Positions 45,630-60,501 of a stretch of 64,000 nt of DNA are shown here, one piece after another (position 1 is the first letter of the stretch; each line of letters starts with the position of its first letter). Position numbers and translations under genes: made by a program. Source of the DNA: the human T2T-CHM13v2.0 reference genome, Homo sapiens; assembly GCF_009914755.1 (NCBI RefSeq), contig NC_060928.1. One strand, given 5' to 3'. The notes under the pieces are model-generated. The model had not been told where the DNA came from, did not search any database, and was given only the letters and a program-made list of their open reading frames with translations.

Positions 45630-47520
45630 AAAAGTTCTGGGTAGTGGCAAAGAATACAGACCCTGAAGCTGGGCTGCTTGGATGCAGCCTGGTTCATCCT
45701 CACCTAGTTCCTGTGACTTTGGTGAGTTCTGTGTCTTCTGTATACCTCCTTTCTTTGTGCGCTGAAGGTGAGAGTGATATCCACCTTGCAGGACTGTTGA
45801 GAGGAGTAGACAAGTGAATCGATGTAAAGCAGTTAGAGCAGTACCTGTTTCAAGCACAGTGTGTTAGCCATTATGATTCAGCATCTACTTCGTGCCAGAC
45901 GCAATACTAAATGATTTGAGTTTGTTATATAATTCGCAAGTACTCTATCAAGTAGGTATTGTCATCCCTAGTTTAAAGAGACTAAATCTCAGGGCAGTTG
46001 AGATGTGCTCAAGGTTACAGTGCCAGTGACGGAGGGAGCAGATATAAATTCTACCTCTTTGACCCAAAGGCCATGCTTCCTCACTGCCCTAGGTTCTTCT
46101 CTGGTGGAAGTGGCACCTTGCAGCAAAGAAGAAAGAGGAGATGGCTGGCTGCTCACAGGTATCTGGTGACGGCTAGTAAGTGAAGATGCTCAGTGGAGAC
46201 AGAGACCTCATGGAGGTGGGGTGGCAGATGGAGCTCCCCTTTACCTCTTCTGCTTCTATTTAGAATAAAATTCTCCCATCACCCAGGCTGAAAGCCTGGC
46301 AGTCATCCTGCCCCTCCCCCTCCTCACTCCCAGACGAAGTCACCAAGTGCCCCGGTTCTGCTCATGTGATGTCTCCTACCTTCCTGCCATTCCATCCATG
46401 CCTGTGCTAACACTCCACTTCAAGTTCTCATTACGTCATGTCTAGATCATTTCAAAAGCCTCTCAACTAGTCTCCCAGCCTCTGGGCCTCAGTCATCACT
46501 CCCAAAACCACCACATTATTCTTAAAGACACTGCTGCCATCACGTGATTTCACCATTCAAAACCTTCCAATGACTACTCAGTGTCTACCGAATACAGTGA
46601 AGCTTTTTAGACAGACATTCAAGCTCCTTCATTTAATTCTAATCTTCATTTCCAAATTGCTCTCTCTGGACTCCCGGTAAGAATCCTGTGATTTAGCCAG
46701 GATTATTTACCTGTTATTCCTTAATTGTGCTATTTCTTTCCCACCTCCAAGCCTTGCCCACTCCACTCCCTATGGCTGCACAGTGTCTTCCTGTCTTCTA
46801 AATCCTGTAGGTCCATCATGACCCAATTTGGCCCCATCCCTGCTTTGATACCTCCCCTGACCGCTCTGGGGGACTGGAACCTCTCAGTATCTAGGTGATA
46901 CCGCTCACTTGGCACTTCACCTCCACTGCCTTATGTTATGAATTTGTTTTTTATTTGAATGTGCTCTGCTTTCTCAGTTACACTGTGAATGTCTTACAGC
47001 CAGAGGGGGAAGGAGATGATGGCAGGAGGGCTCTGACATGGGAAGGCTGTGGGACAGACTGGCGGGCAGGCTCTTGGGATCAGAAATCAGGCAAGCTGGG
47101 TTTGAATCACAGCTCTGCTCTAACTAGGCACTCTTTGCCAAGATACCTCATCTCTCAATGTTCTCATTCATACAATGGGGATAATGATTGTTCCTACCTC
47201 GAAGAGCTGTTGTGAGGATTAAATGAGTTAATACATGAAGAACCCTTGCCTAGAGCCCAGCACACAGATAAAGTTTAATTACTATTAGTTATCATTGTTT
47301 TCACTATCAGACAAGAAGAAAGGGTTTATGATATGCTAGACACCATATAAATGACCTTATTTAATTTATACAGCAACCTGATGAGGTAATAGGGCCATGC
47401 TCATTTTAGAGATGAGAAAACTGAAGTTTTGAGAAGTTTGATCACATGGCTAATAATTCAGCCTAAACTCAGCCCTCTCTGGGTCCAAAGACCATTGCTT
47501 TCCACAAAGTTAATCCACTA
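45630..47520. mobile_element. Cluster of MIR and L2 fragments
   Basis: MIR motifs at ~45700-45850, 45950-46070, 47090-47290 and 47330-47500; L2-like CCTCTCAACTAGTCTCCC and TTCAAAACCTTCCAATG at ~46260-46700. Confidence 0.6.
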
Positions 47521-47979
47521 AGTTCCTGAGATTGGGGGAAATGGCTTGTACTTCTTTGTAATTCCTTCAGTATCTCATAGATTGCACAAAAAAATTGCTG
47601 CTGAATGGCTGGGAGATTTCTTAGAAGATCTCAGCAGCAAGTCCTTTATGCTGCTGTGGATCAAGATTGCTATCTGCCTACCACAATTTCCTTTCTCTCT
47701 CTCTAAATAATCCCAGTATTTAGCTGGGCACATAACTGCCTAAAACAGGGATCAGCCATTCTGTACAGACAGAGTCAAATTTCGGTTTTGTACGCCATAT
47801 GGTCTCATTAGAACACTCAGTTTTGGCATGGTACTGCAAAAGCAGCCATAGACAATATGTACATGAACAAGTGTGGCTGAATTCCCAAAACCTTTACTTA
47901 CAAAAACAGATTTGTCCTGTGGACTGTAGTTTGCCGACCCTTCCCCTAGAGTGCAGACACACTGGCTGCCTCAAATTAA

Positions 47980-48422
47980 GATGTCCATGATGGTTAATTT
48001 TATGTGTCATCTTGGATGAACCACAGTGTGCCCAGATATTTGGGTAAACATTATTATGGGTCTTTCTGTGAGAGTACTTTTAGATGACACTAACATTTAC
48101 ATTGATGGACTTTGAGTAAAGCAGACTGTCCTCCATAATGTAGGTGAACCTCATCCAATCAGTTGAAAACCTGAATAGACCAAAAAGAAAAGAATAGATC
48201 ATAAAGCCTGAATAAAATAGAATATTTTATTTTCCTCCCCTGAGGAGAGAATTCTCCAGCAGCCTGCCTTCAGACTTCATCTGCAGCACTGGCTGTTTCT
48301 TATTCTACAGAGGACTAGAACTAGGACACCAGCCTTTCCTGGGTCTCCAGCCTGCCTGTTCACCCTGCAGATTTTGGATTTGCTAACTTCTGTAATAATG
48401 TGAGCCAATTCCTTATCATCTT

Positions 48423-48463
<41 letters not shown>

Positions 48464-48501
48464 CCATTGGTTCTCTTTCTCTGGGGAAACCCTGACTAAT
48501 A
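47980..48501 (-). mobile_element. MLT2-type ERVL LTR containing (CA)n at ~48426-48461; preceded by a MER58-like element (~47746-47950)
   Basis: TGATGGTTAATTTTATGTGTCA...TGGTTCTCTTTCTCTGGGGAAACCCTGACTAATACA. Confidence 0.8.
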
Positions 48502-48757
48502 CAATGCTATTTCCCAGCTGCCCTTGTGGCAAGATGTGTCCATGTGACTATGTTCTGGCCAACAGAATGTAAGTGGCAATGCTGTGTGATAACTTCCAAG
48601 AAATTTCCTTAAATGAGAGGAGGCATATGCTCTTTGGCCTGTCATCTCCCCTTCGCCCATCCTGCTGTTTGGAAGGCAGATGTGATGACTGAAGGGCTTC
48701 TGTGGACTGTGATACAGCCACAAAGCAGAAGCCCAGAGCAGCCTAAGCTGCTTACAC

Positions 48758-49403
48758 TGTCAGAGGCATTCTAACCAAAGTGACTCCATCTTTAATAGGG
48801 GCTGGGTAAAATGAAGATGAAACCTACTGGGCTGCATTCCCAGGAAGTTAGGCATTCTTAATCACAGGATGAAATGGGAGGTGAGCAGGGCTCCTGTCAC
48901 AAGATACAGGTCACAAGGACCCTTCTGATAAAACAGAATGCGGTAAAGAAGCCAGCCAAAACCCACTAAAACCAAGATGGCAACAAAAGTGACCTCTGAT
49001 GGTCCCCACTGCTCATTATATGCTAATTATAATGCATTAGCATGCTAAAAGACACTCCCACCAATGCCGTGACAGTTTACAAATACCAGGGCAACGTCTA
49101 GAAGTTTTCCTATATATTCTAAAAAGGGGAAGAACCCTCAGTTCCGGAAATTGCCTGCCCCTTTTTGGGAAAACTCATGATTAAGTCACCTCTTGTTTAG
49201 CATGTGATCAAGAAATAACCATAAGAGTAGCCAACCAGCAGCCCTCAGGGCAGCTCTGTCTATGGAGTAGCCATTATTTTGTTTCTTTACTTCTCTAATA
49301 AACTTGCTTTCACTTTACTTGGTGGACTCGCCCTGAATTGGTTCTTGTGCAAGATCCAAGAACCCACTCTTGGGGTCTGCATCAGGACCCCTTTCTGGTG
49401 ACA
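48758..49403 (+). mobile_element. MER41 (MER41B-like) ERV1 solo LTR
   Basis: TGTCAGAGGC...ACTCCATCTTTAATAGGGGCTGGGTAAAAT start, AATAAA at ~49297, ...GGTGACA end; 4-bp TSD ACAC/ATAC. Confidence 0.85.
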
Positions 49404-52400
49404 ATACCAGGACTTTTATATGAGCAAGAAATACAGCCCAGTCTTGTTTAAGCCATATTTAATGTTCCCATTGCAGCTTAACTTAATCCTAACAGGCACC
49501 ATTCCTGTCAGTCTGGTGCTAGAAATAGCAGCACTTCTCTTTGGCGGCCATGAAGAAATTCATTTATAGTATTTTACAAAAATTATATTAAGAGAGAATA
49601 ACCCAATTTAAATCTTTCCCACAATCAGCTGTCTCTTTAGAGTCAGCAGGAGGACATGAGATTGAGGCATGAGAGAGAGAGAGAGAGAGAAACAGAAATA
49701 GATTCTTTCTAAACGGATGGGGGAGGGGCAGAGCCAGACCAAACTCAGAGACTCTAGGCTGACACAACTGATAATACCCTGGGGACACTGAGGTGGGGGT
49801 TGGGTGTGGGGAGTGGTGAGGGGTTCACTGCTGGCACTGTTCTCATCAGGGAATGATGTAGCTGGCATCAGAAATGGATGTTTCCAGCTGTGTAGACCTT
49901 AAGCCCAGCCTCAGGTCAGAAATATGACTGGAGCTGACTATGGATGTTTTTTTGGTCATAATTCAGCCATCTGCATTAAATCATGACCTTGATCTATCCT
50001 TTGTGTATCTTCACCTTAAAAGTAAATAAAAGGGAAAAAGAAATATAGTAAGTAAGTGGTCAAATCAGTAGCCCAACACCTCTCACCCTACCTTCTTCTT
50101 ACTTGCTGGAGTAGCTTATTCTTTCTATAGAGTTGAGAATTCTAGCTATTCACATTTTGAGCTCCCTTGAGGCTAGGACATAGATATAAGACTGATTTTG
50201 TCCAATTTACCTGCAAAATCTGCTGACTGTCTTATGAGAATTCCTTCTTCACTGGATGCGATCTTGTTACCATGTGATGCCTGGAACTGCCGCAGCCACC
50301 TTGTAAGTGTGAGGGAGACATGGCAGACATACTGAGGAATACAGAGTCAACAGATGGAAAATATCTGGATTCTTGATGACATCCCTGACCTTAAAATGTT
50401 GGACTGCATCCAGGCTTATTGCTATGTGAAATCATAAATGTCTTTACTGTTTAACTATTTTTGTTTAGTTATTCTGTTACTTGTGGCCAAAAGCATCCTT
50501 ACTGATCCAGTAGCCAAAAGCATTTTAGCATTCTAAGCTGTAACATCCTATCTTTACAGTCCACCTTAGTCCAAACAAATACTCACCCTTGTTAGCATGT
50601 TACTGCTCCATTTTCTGATTGGAAAGTATGCTCTATCCACTTACTGGAAGATGATGCAGCTAGGCCATCTGAGTTCGAAACCTGGCTTTACCTGTATGAC
50701 CTGGGGAAATTATTTAACTACTCTGTGCCTCAGCTTCCTTATCCATTAAAAGGGAAAAACAATCATCCTACTTCATAGGATTGTACTGAGGATCAAAAGG
50801 ATTGACACACATAAAGTACTTAGAACAGTGCCTAGCCCACATCATAATAATCAATAAGTACACACTAGCTTTATTATCATCCTCCCTAGGAGTACACCCT
50901 TCTGCAGGCTTCCAAGGCAATTTGCTGTCAAACTGTTCACCCACATTTTCCTTTGCCAAGCACTCCTGGGAATAGCTGAAATGTGAGACAGACATGGCCA
51001 ATTCAAGTCTCTTGCTAGCCTGCATACCACCAGATTATCAGAAAAGAAGTTTGGCCATTGGAAAGTCTGGAAATACATCTAGAAACCAAAATTCCCTATA
51101 CTCCCCAGATCCCCTACTTCTGCATGTCTGTCACCCCATGCGTGCTCTGAGATGCAGGTAACAAGGACCCCTCTGGGTTGGTTTCCCACAGGCCTCTGGG
51201 ATGTGCCCTCCAATGAGACCTTAACCCTGAATGTGTCTCTCATACATCTACAGTCCTAGTGAATAGAAAGGAGAAACCTCACAGATCTGACATCACTATT
51301 ACTTTTGACTTTAATACCTGCAGTTTCTCCCCCTCTTTAACTTTTTTGCTGGGCCAAGAATCTCTTCTAGTCTCCTCTTGAGACACCCGTTTTCTCATCA
51401 TCCCAGTATTGTACATGCCTTGTCTGGCTGCCATCCCCCCGGGACAGCAGAGGCTGTTCAGCTCCTTACGTTTGCATTGCGCTTGTCAATCCAGGCCAGT
51501 TTTCAGCAAATGCCTCTGTATAGCTCATCTGTAGAGCCCTTGGCAGCTTCCAGAATATTTTAGCCCAAGTTATTTAATCTTCATAAAAATCTTGTATGGT
51601 GCATGTTTTTATTCCAAGCCAGGCTCTTCGGGGCTTTTTGCTTTCCTGTAGAGATCAGCAGCAAAAAGAGGTGAGACAAACATTTTTCATTTTCTTTCCT
51701 ATACTGATCTAAGGTGCTAAGGACCTTGTCTGCAGTTACCTCAGCAGTGATTATTCTGGCAGAGAGAAAGCAAAGACCTCGCAGAAATCAACTGAAGTCT
51801 ACCTGAAACTCGAGGACTTGGCTTCGGAAGGAAAAACAACAAACTGGTACTTCTCTGGATAAAAAGATCTGGTTCTGATGTCTAACTGGTGATCCTATCT
51901 AGAATCAAGTGACAGGGAGGAAGAAGGCTCTAGAAATTAGCTGACTTAAGTACTTCCTGATGTTAAATCTTTCGCCATTTCTATGAGTCCAAAGAAGCAC
52001 AATATTTGGATCTCTTCAGATTAAATCTGCTCTGTTGATTTGTTCATCAGTGAGCCTCTCAAACATCTACATTGGCAACAACCTTCTCAGGACACGGCCC
52101 GTCTGAGAAGCTCTGGTGGGTGCGGGCTGGAAGGAGGAGCTGCAGGCCTCTGCATGTGGACTGGGACCAGACAGCTCTGCCACCTCAGTGTCTGTCGGCG
52201 CTGCCAGACTCACGGAAAAGTTCCTTTCATTTCTCACATTTTATTCAGTGCCAGCTTGGGAGGCCTGTAGAGGGTTCAGGGGCCCAGCTACTGTGCTAAC
52301 CAGAGCACTATAAGTGACAAATGCTGTTTTTTCCTTTTTATCTCTTTCTTTCTGCCTTCCAGGAAGATTTAAACAACAATAACAACAACAACAACACCAA

Positions 52401-53060
52401 ATAACTCACTTTTTACTTTCAAGCACACCCTGTTCCTTCACAAGAAAAAAAGCCCACAGAGCAACTCCATAAAGTCTCTATTCAGCACTCCTTGTTGGTT
52501 TTTGGCTCAGGGTTCAGCTAACTCATTCCCAGAGCACACAGCAGCAGGGGAGGTGGGGTTCACAGCAGAGAACAGTAAAAAGATCTCCAGATTTCCTGAG
52601 GATTCCAGAATGCACTGGAAAACCACTAGTGTTTCTGGATGAGTGGCATGGAGCACAGCAGTGACTTTATTACCTATTTCACCCCCTTAAATTGGAGCTT
52701 GCCCACATCAGGGCTGGCCAGCCACTCCAACCCATTCCTGCCTATACACATCCCCCGTCTGAAAGGGCTTCCTTGGGGGAAACTGGGCATCTTCCTTTGC
52801 CATCCCTTGAACAGGCTTTTGTAGGTGGCTTTTGCATTCGTGATTCCTACCTTAGAAGGAGATACCTAAGCCATCCTTCTGGCTGCTCGGGGCAAAAACT
52901 TTGGCATCATCCTGGACTCCACTTTCTCACATCCCACTTCCAATACACTAGCTTAGCCGGTCAGCTCCACATTCAAACTTATTCAGGATGTATCAGTCAG
53001 GGTTCAACCAGAGAAACTGAACCAGTAGGAGAGTCATATTAAGAGGAATTGCCCTACATA

Positions 53061-53454
53061 TGTTACCAGTTGGGGGTGTCCAGGTTCTTGGCATCTTGAA
53101 CGAAGAATTGGACAAAACACACAAACAAACCAAGGAAAGAATGAAGCAACAAAAGCAGAGATTTATAGAAAACAAAAGTACACTCCACAGGGTGGGAGCG
53201 GCTGAGCATAGGGGCTTAAGAGCCCGGTTACAGAATTTTCTGGGGTTTAAATACCATCTAGAGGTTTCCATTGGTTACTTGGTGTACGCCCTATGTAAAT
53301 GAAGAGGCTAAAGTGAGGTTACAAAGTTATGTATTTGGTGTACATTCTATGTAAATGACGAGTGTAGTTCCTGTCATAGCTGAAGTGTTTCCATTTGATT
53401 TAGTTCTAGGAAGCCCTGAGGTTCCCTGCCTCCAGGCCCGATTCTCCTGCCTCA
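53061..53454 (-). mobile_element. ERV1 solo LTR (MER51A-like) nested in an MLT2 LTR (~52988-53770)
   Basis: Minus strand TGAGGCAGGAGAAT...GGTAACA; perfect 4-bp TSD CATA. Confidence 0.8.
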
Positions 53455-53996
53455 CATAATCATGGGGCTGGTTAGGCCAGTGGGAAATCCATAGGGCACA
53501 CCGTCAGAAAGAGCAGGTTGGAACTCCTGGGCATGAGCGGAATTGCCATCCACAGGCAGAATTTCTTCATCAGGGAACGCTCAGCTCTTCTAGGGCCTTT
53601 CAATGGATTGGATCAGGCCCACCTTCAATCTAGGATTATCTCCCTGGCTGAAAGTCAGTTGATGAGGGACTTTAATCATGTCCGTAAAATGTCTTCACAG
53701 CAACACCCAGATTAGTGTTTGACTGAATAACTGAGGACTGTAGCTTAGCTAACTTGACACCTAAAACCTATTGTCACCTTATCTAGCCTTGACTCTTCCA
53801 GAGTCACCCCCCACCTTGGTTGAAACTACCATTATTTGTCCCCTGAATTATCGTGTTAGCCTCTACACCAGCTTCCTGCTTCTTGCCCTATCCTCCCTGG
53901 CCTTCCTCCTCCCACTCCCAACTATTTTCAACAGAGCAACTAGACTGACACATTCTTGGCTGCAGAGTGAGCAGTTGCTCCATTGCTCAAAGCCCT

Positions 53997-54835
<839 letters not shown>

Positions 54836-55353
54836 GCCCTTCAATGACTTCCCATCCTATTCAGAGTAAAAGCCAAGCTCCTCAGCATCTTCCCCTGCTC
54901 CTTTCTGACTTCATTTCCTACCACTCTCCCTAACTCACACCCTCACCCCTGCTCCACTCCCCTACTTCGGGTCCTGGGCCTGAACTAGAGTGAAGCTAGT
55001 GAGTACTCGCTTCAAGATGCCAAAACCTCAGTAGTCAAGATCAGTAATATTTTAATGCAACATCAAAATTAATGTGAAAAAAATCCATGATATACAAATC
55101 ATAAAAATTTGAAAGAAAGACAAGATCCAACCCTGCACTTGCTCAACTCGCCTCTTCTGCCTCCCTCTAATTCCAAGCCTGATCCTTGCTGCTCTCAAAC
55201 TTCCAGCCACACTCCAGTGGCAGCGCTTTTCCGGTTGGTTTTGCCCCAGATATCTGCAAATCTTCCTCCCTCACCTGCTTGGGTTTTTGCTCAAATGTTG
55301 CCTTCTTAATTAGTCCTCCCTGGCCATTTATTTAAAATCTCAGAGTGCCCTCA

Positions 55354-55728
55354 TGTATTAGTCCGTTCTCATGCTGCTATAAAGAACTACTTAAGACTGG
55401 GTAATTTATGAAGAAATTATCAAGGTTTAATTGATTCACAGTTCAGCATGGCTAGGGAGGCTTCGGGAAACTTACAATCACTGTGGAAGGGGAAGCAAAT
55501 GTGTCCTTCTTCACATGGCAACAGCAGGAGAAGTGCCAAGCAAAAAAGGAAAAGCCCCTTATAAAACCATCATATTTCATGAGAACTCACTCACTATCAT
55601 GAGAACAGCATGGGGGTAACTGCCCCCATGATTCAATTACCTCCCACTGGGTCCCTCCCGTGACACTTGAGGATTATGGGTGAGGATTCAAGATGAGATT
55701 TGGGTGGGGATGTGGCCAAGCCATATCA
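55354..55728 (-). mobile_element. THE1/MST-type MaLR solo LTR within L2 fragments
   Basis: TGTATTAGTCCGTTCTCATGCTGCTAT...CCATATCA; 5-bp TSD CCTCA/CCCCA. Confidence 0.85.
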
Positions 55729-56375
55729 CCCCACCAGCACTCCCGGACCCCTTCTTGCTTCGTATTTCCCCAAAGTACTTAACATATCTAACATATTTAT
55801 TTAGTACTTTTTGTTCACTGCTGTACACTAGGACATAACAGTGTGTGGCATGCAGTAGGTGTTCAATAAGTATTTGTTGTAGGAATGAAGGAAAGGAGGA
55901 AGGGAAGAAGGAAAGGAGAAGGAAGAGAGGAAGAAGGGAAAGTAAGGGAGGGAGGCCTCTGCCAATGGGGCAACAGAGCATATGTATGCAAGCAAGGGAG
56001 AACTTTCCCACTGGCTTATTGAAGCTGAAAATCCCTGAAGAGCTGCAGTAAATTTCAGTCTGTCTGTTTAAGAAAACATTAATTTATAATAGCAGGGTTA
56101 TTTTTTCTTCTCCCAAAAGGGAAAATGCCATCAAGAGCCAGTGTGTTCTATTAGATTAATTAGCAGATTTGGATTAGCTATGTGCTTTCTTTTCTAGGAA
56201 ATTAGCTAAATTGTTTCCACTGAAGCTGGAAATGTTTGACCTCCTGGCAGTTTGTCCAAAATCCTTTGAAGTAGAGTATCTGCAACTCTGCGTTTAATAA
56301 TGCTTGGAGATTTTATTCTCTTCTAGTTCTCCCTCAACAATTAAAAATTCCATTCTGATGATCTCATCCCTTTAA

Positions 56376-56709
<334 letters not shown>

Positions 56710-57921
56710 TGAGTGGATTCCAACAAAGCTATTGTTAAAAATCTGTGGAAATTTGTACCATAGATAAATAGAATTTTCTGTGGTAATAACAAGAAACATT
56801 GTAATAGATATATTTTAGTATAGATTGGGATGGAAAATAGGCTCAAGTGTTACCAGAATTCATTGACTAACACCCATGTGATGCAGGGGTTGACTTGAAT
56901 ACATGAGTTGGAATGTAAGCAGAGTGAAGTTCAGGTGCATACTAAATTATGTGGATTGTGAGCCAGGGTGGCCAATGTGGGCATGTGCAGGGCAATGAAG
57001 CAGTGGAGCCAGGTTAGGAGAGAGAAAGGAGTGGTGCAGAGGGAGGAGGAGTTGGGGGAGGGAGAGAAACTCAGAGAAGAACATGAGAGAATAGCCTCCT
57101 GTTCTTAGAGGAGGAAGAAATATGATGAAATGAAACAGCAACTGTAGTAGGAGTTAGAAAAACTGGAGCCAAACCTGGAAAATCTTTGGGTTAAATCTAT
57201 GCTTGGCTCCTTACTCACTGTGCCCCCTTGTCCAAGACACTTTACTTCTCTGATCCTTGATTCCCTGAAAAATTTGTAGTACTGTTTGGGGAGGCTAACA
57301 GTGACACTGACAATGATGCTGTGGCATGATGAGCCCAGGGTGGTAGTGTAGGAAAGAGGAAAGCTGATCCAGCCGGGCCATCTGAACTGTGTATGAATGA
57401 GCTCAACTCTCGGCTCATGGTTGGTGCCTACTTTTGCAATTTGACAAATAAAAAAAAGATTGCCATCATGCAGATGATTATAGTCCTTTTGCAGATGCAT
57501 ATTATGTATGGAACAATCACAAATCACAGTGCACACACATTTTGTGGGTCACTTTTTCAGATAATATTATATTGTTGGCATTTTTATTGTTTGTAATTGC
57601 CCTTGTAAAGATTTTAACTGCACTCTGTGTGTGTGAGAATGTGTGCGTGTGTGTGTGAACCCCCAGAATATAGTGGCTATTGAGTCAGGATCTGGGTTTG
57701 AATTTTAACTCCACCACTTACTGTCTTGCTGTCTGACACTCAACATCACCTATGCCTCATATTCCTCACAGAAAATAACAGAACTTGCTTCAAAGGACAA
57801 CTGAGATAACTAAAGGCAGTAATGCATGCCAAGAACAGAGGATAGTGTTTGGTAGAAGCCCTCAATAAAATATTGGCTCTTATTATTACGAAGTTTTACA
57901 GTTTGTAATAATTTTAACACG

Positions 57922-58545
57922 CTCTCTTTCCCTAAGTGGCCTGAGATAATCTGTGAAAATGGTTCGCTATTCATGTGACCTGGAGAACCCCACAAAATCA
58001 TGCAAATCAAGAGGTTCCAGTCTTCGTGTTCACCTTAAGAACACTCGTGAAACTACCGAGGTCATCAAGGGTATGCGTATATGAAAAGCCACGAAGTATC
58101 TGAAAGATATCACTTTACAGAAACAGTGCGTACCATTCTGATGTTACAATGGTGGAGTTAGCAGGTGTGTCCAGGCCAAGCAGTGGGGCTGGACACAAGG
58201 TCAGTGGCCCCCAAAGAGTGCTGAATTTTTGTTGCACATGCTTAAAAATGCAGAGAGTAATGCTGAACTCAAGGGTTTAGATGTAGATTCTCTGGTCATT
58301 GAGTATAACCGAGTAAACAAAGCACCTAAGATGCGCCCCTGGACCTACAGAGCTCATGGTTGGATTAACCCATACATGAGCTCCCCCTGCCACACAGAGA
58401 AGATCCTTACTGAAAATGAACAGGTTGTTCCTAGACCAGAAAAGGAGGCTACCCAGAAGAAAAAGATATCCCAGAAGAAACTGAAGAAACAAAAACTTAT
58501 GGCACAGGAGTAAATTCAGCATTAAAATAAATGCAATTAAAAGGA
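57922..58545 (+). pseudogene. RPL17: Processed pseudogene of ribosomal protein L17 (uL22); the symbol given is the parent gene's
   Basis: 5'TOP-like CTCTCTTTCCCT; ATG 57959 to TAA 58513 is 185 codons, intronless ([20 protein letters not shown]...[11 protein letters not shown]); TGA at 58082 and 58139; AATAAA and (AAT)n tail; degenerate TSD AATAATTTTAACAC / AATAATATGAACAC. Confidence 0.95.
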
Positions 58546-58851
58546 CTAATAATAATAATAATAATATGAACACTACAGAAATGGGAAAATTCTCCATAAT
58601 TTCATCCACGCCACTCAAGATCCTCACTACAACTGTTTGGTGTGTATTTCTCCTCTCCCCCTACCTCCCCACTTTTATTTTTATACATTTACTAGCCCAT
58701 TATATTATTATTTTCTTTTCTTTTTTAACCACAAACCAAACAACAACAGAAGAATATTATATATACCACCTTTAAGTTGTTATTTTCATGGCAATGTTTA
58801 TAGATTTAAACCTTTCTTTTCAGAGGTTGCATGAAATTTCATTCCACATAT

Positions 58852-60384
58852 TGATGACAGCAGCAGCCCATCTGGAGCCGCTGCTGCAAAGACACTGGCT
58901 GCAGCTGGGGAGACGTGGCTGGGGCTGTTCACTCCGCAGAGGTGATGGGAGCTGGGAACAGGCAGGAGCCCCACCCCCTTTTGAGTTGGTGGGGCGGGAG
59001 ACCCACACTCCCAGGCACAAATGCAGCCGCCCAGCTGTGGCTGTGGACCAGGACGTCCCTGTGCTCTTGGGGGCCTGGGAAGCCCCCCTGCCCCCCAGAC
59101 TCAGAAGTGCCTGCTCCCACTGCCTGGCCTCTCCCCACTCCTGGGACCCACTCCAATTCTGGAGCAAAGTTGTGGCCAAGCCTACATGCAGTCAAGATCC
59201 AACTGGGTGCGTGTATGCTTGGGGCAGTACTAACGCGCCAGCCCTCTGCCACCCCAGTCCCCTCTGGACTTTGGGCACCAAAGAGCATGGGAGGGAGGCC
59301 AAGGTGAGGGCTGAAGGTGGCTCAGCTCAGGCCTGCAGGCACCCCTTGGCATGAACAGCCTGAGTGCCATGAGCAACAGCAGGAGGCAGACAGGCTCCTG
59401 GGCAGAAAAGGGTGGGTCCCCATTGAAACCCCACCTTCAAGGCAGGGATGGCCAGAAGCCTAGGGGCTGGGCTGCCAGTTCCACGGACCCAAGTGAAAAC
59501 TTACGGTGTTTTTTTCCTGGCCCACCCAGGGCCACCCATGGACCAATCAGCACATACTTCCTCCCTTCTGAAGACCATAAAAACCCAGAACTCAGCCAGA
59601 CTCACAGAGACAACTGGACAACCTGCCTGTAAAGAGGAGCTAACCATTCTCGGTCTTCTCTCTACTGAGGGCTGCAGAGACAATGGGGGACCTGCCTGCG
59701 GGAAAGAGTTACCCACTTTGGGTCTCCTGAGAGCTGTATTGCCACTCAGTAAAGCACCTCTTCATCTTACTCATCCTCCAGTTGTCCATTTACCTCATTC
59801 TTCCTGGATGTGGGACAAGAACTCAGGACCCACCAAATGGCAGAACTGAAAGAGCTATAACACAAACAGGCCTGAAACACACCCGCCTGCCTCGCCCACA
59901 TTGCAGGCAACGAGAAGAAGAGAAGACGTGTGGTCTTTCAGGGAGCCCAGACTTAGGGGCTCCCTGAGCCAGGGCTGTGACACCCTCTTTGGGGTTTTGT
60001 GGTTCCTGGTGTCTCCAAGCTTTTGAGCACCACCATGTTCTCTGGCGCCTGCAGTGGAAACTACTTTTGGTATGCCTGGTCCAGCCACAGCCTGGCACAG
60101 AGCCAGTGCCTGTGCCAATGCCTGGAGCTGCCTGCCCTGCCACAGCTAGCATGCCTGGCTGTGCACATGGCCAGACCCTGTGCTTGCTCACACACCCCTT
60201 GGTGCTCTGCACCTGGCTCACCCTTGGCAGGCATGGGATCCAGGCTGGTAGCACAAGCCAAAGGCAGCCTTCTGGGCCAAGTGAGTGGAACAAGCCCAGT
60301 GGGCCTCAGCAAAACTTAGGCAAAGGTGCCACCAACCACAGAGATTTCCAGCTGACAAGGTGACACCCCAAGGATCCTGTGAAA
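58852..60384 (+). mobile_element. MER52-family ERV1 long solo LTR
   Basis: 1.5-kb GC-rich block starting TGATGACAGCAGCAGCCCATCTGGAG, with CCAATCAG at ~59542 and AGTAAA at ~59748; 4-bp TSD ATAT. Confidence 0.8.
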
Positions 60385-60501
60385 ATATGGAGGTAGTTTA
60401 TTTAACCATTCCTATATTGAAGGACATTGGTTTATTTTTAATGTTTTTCACTAGTACAAACAGTACTGTAAAGAATATAGATTGTGCATATTGCTATCAA
60501 T

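Noticed and set aside
58229-58513. 94-aa RPL17 C-terminal ORF as a functional gene
   Set aside because: Remnant downstream of two premature stops in a processed pseudogene.
58788-60363. Dense ORFs on both strands
   Set aside because: GC-rich MER52-type LTR bounded by a TSD; no gag/pol/env motifs.
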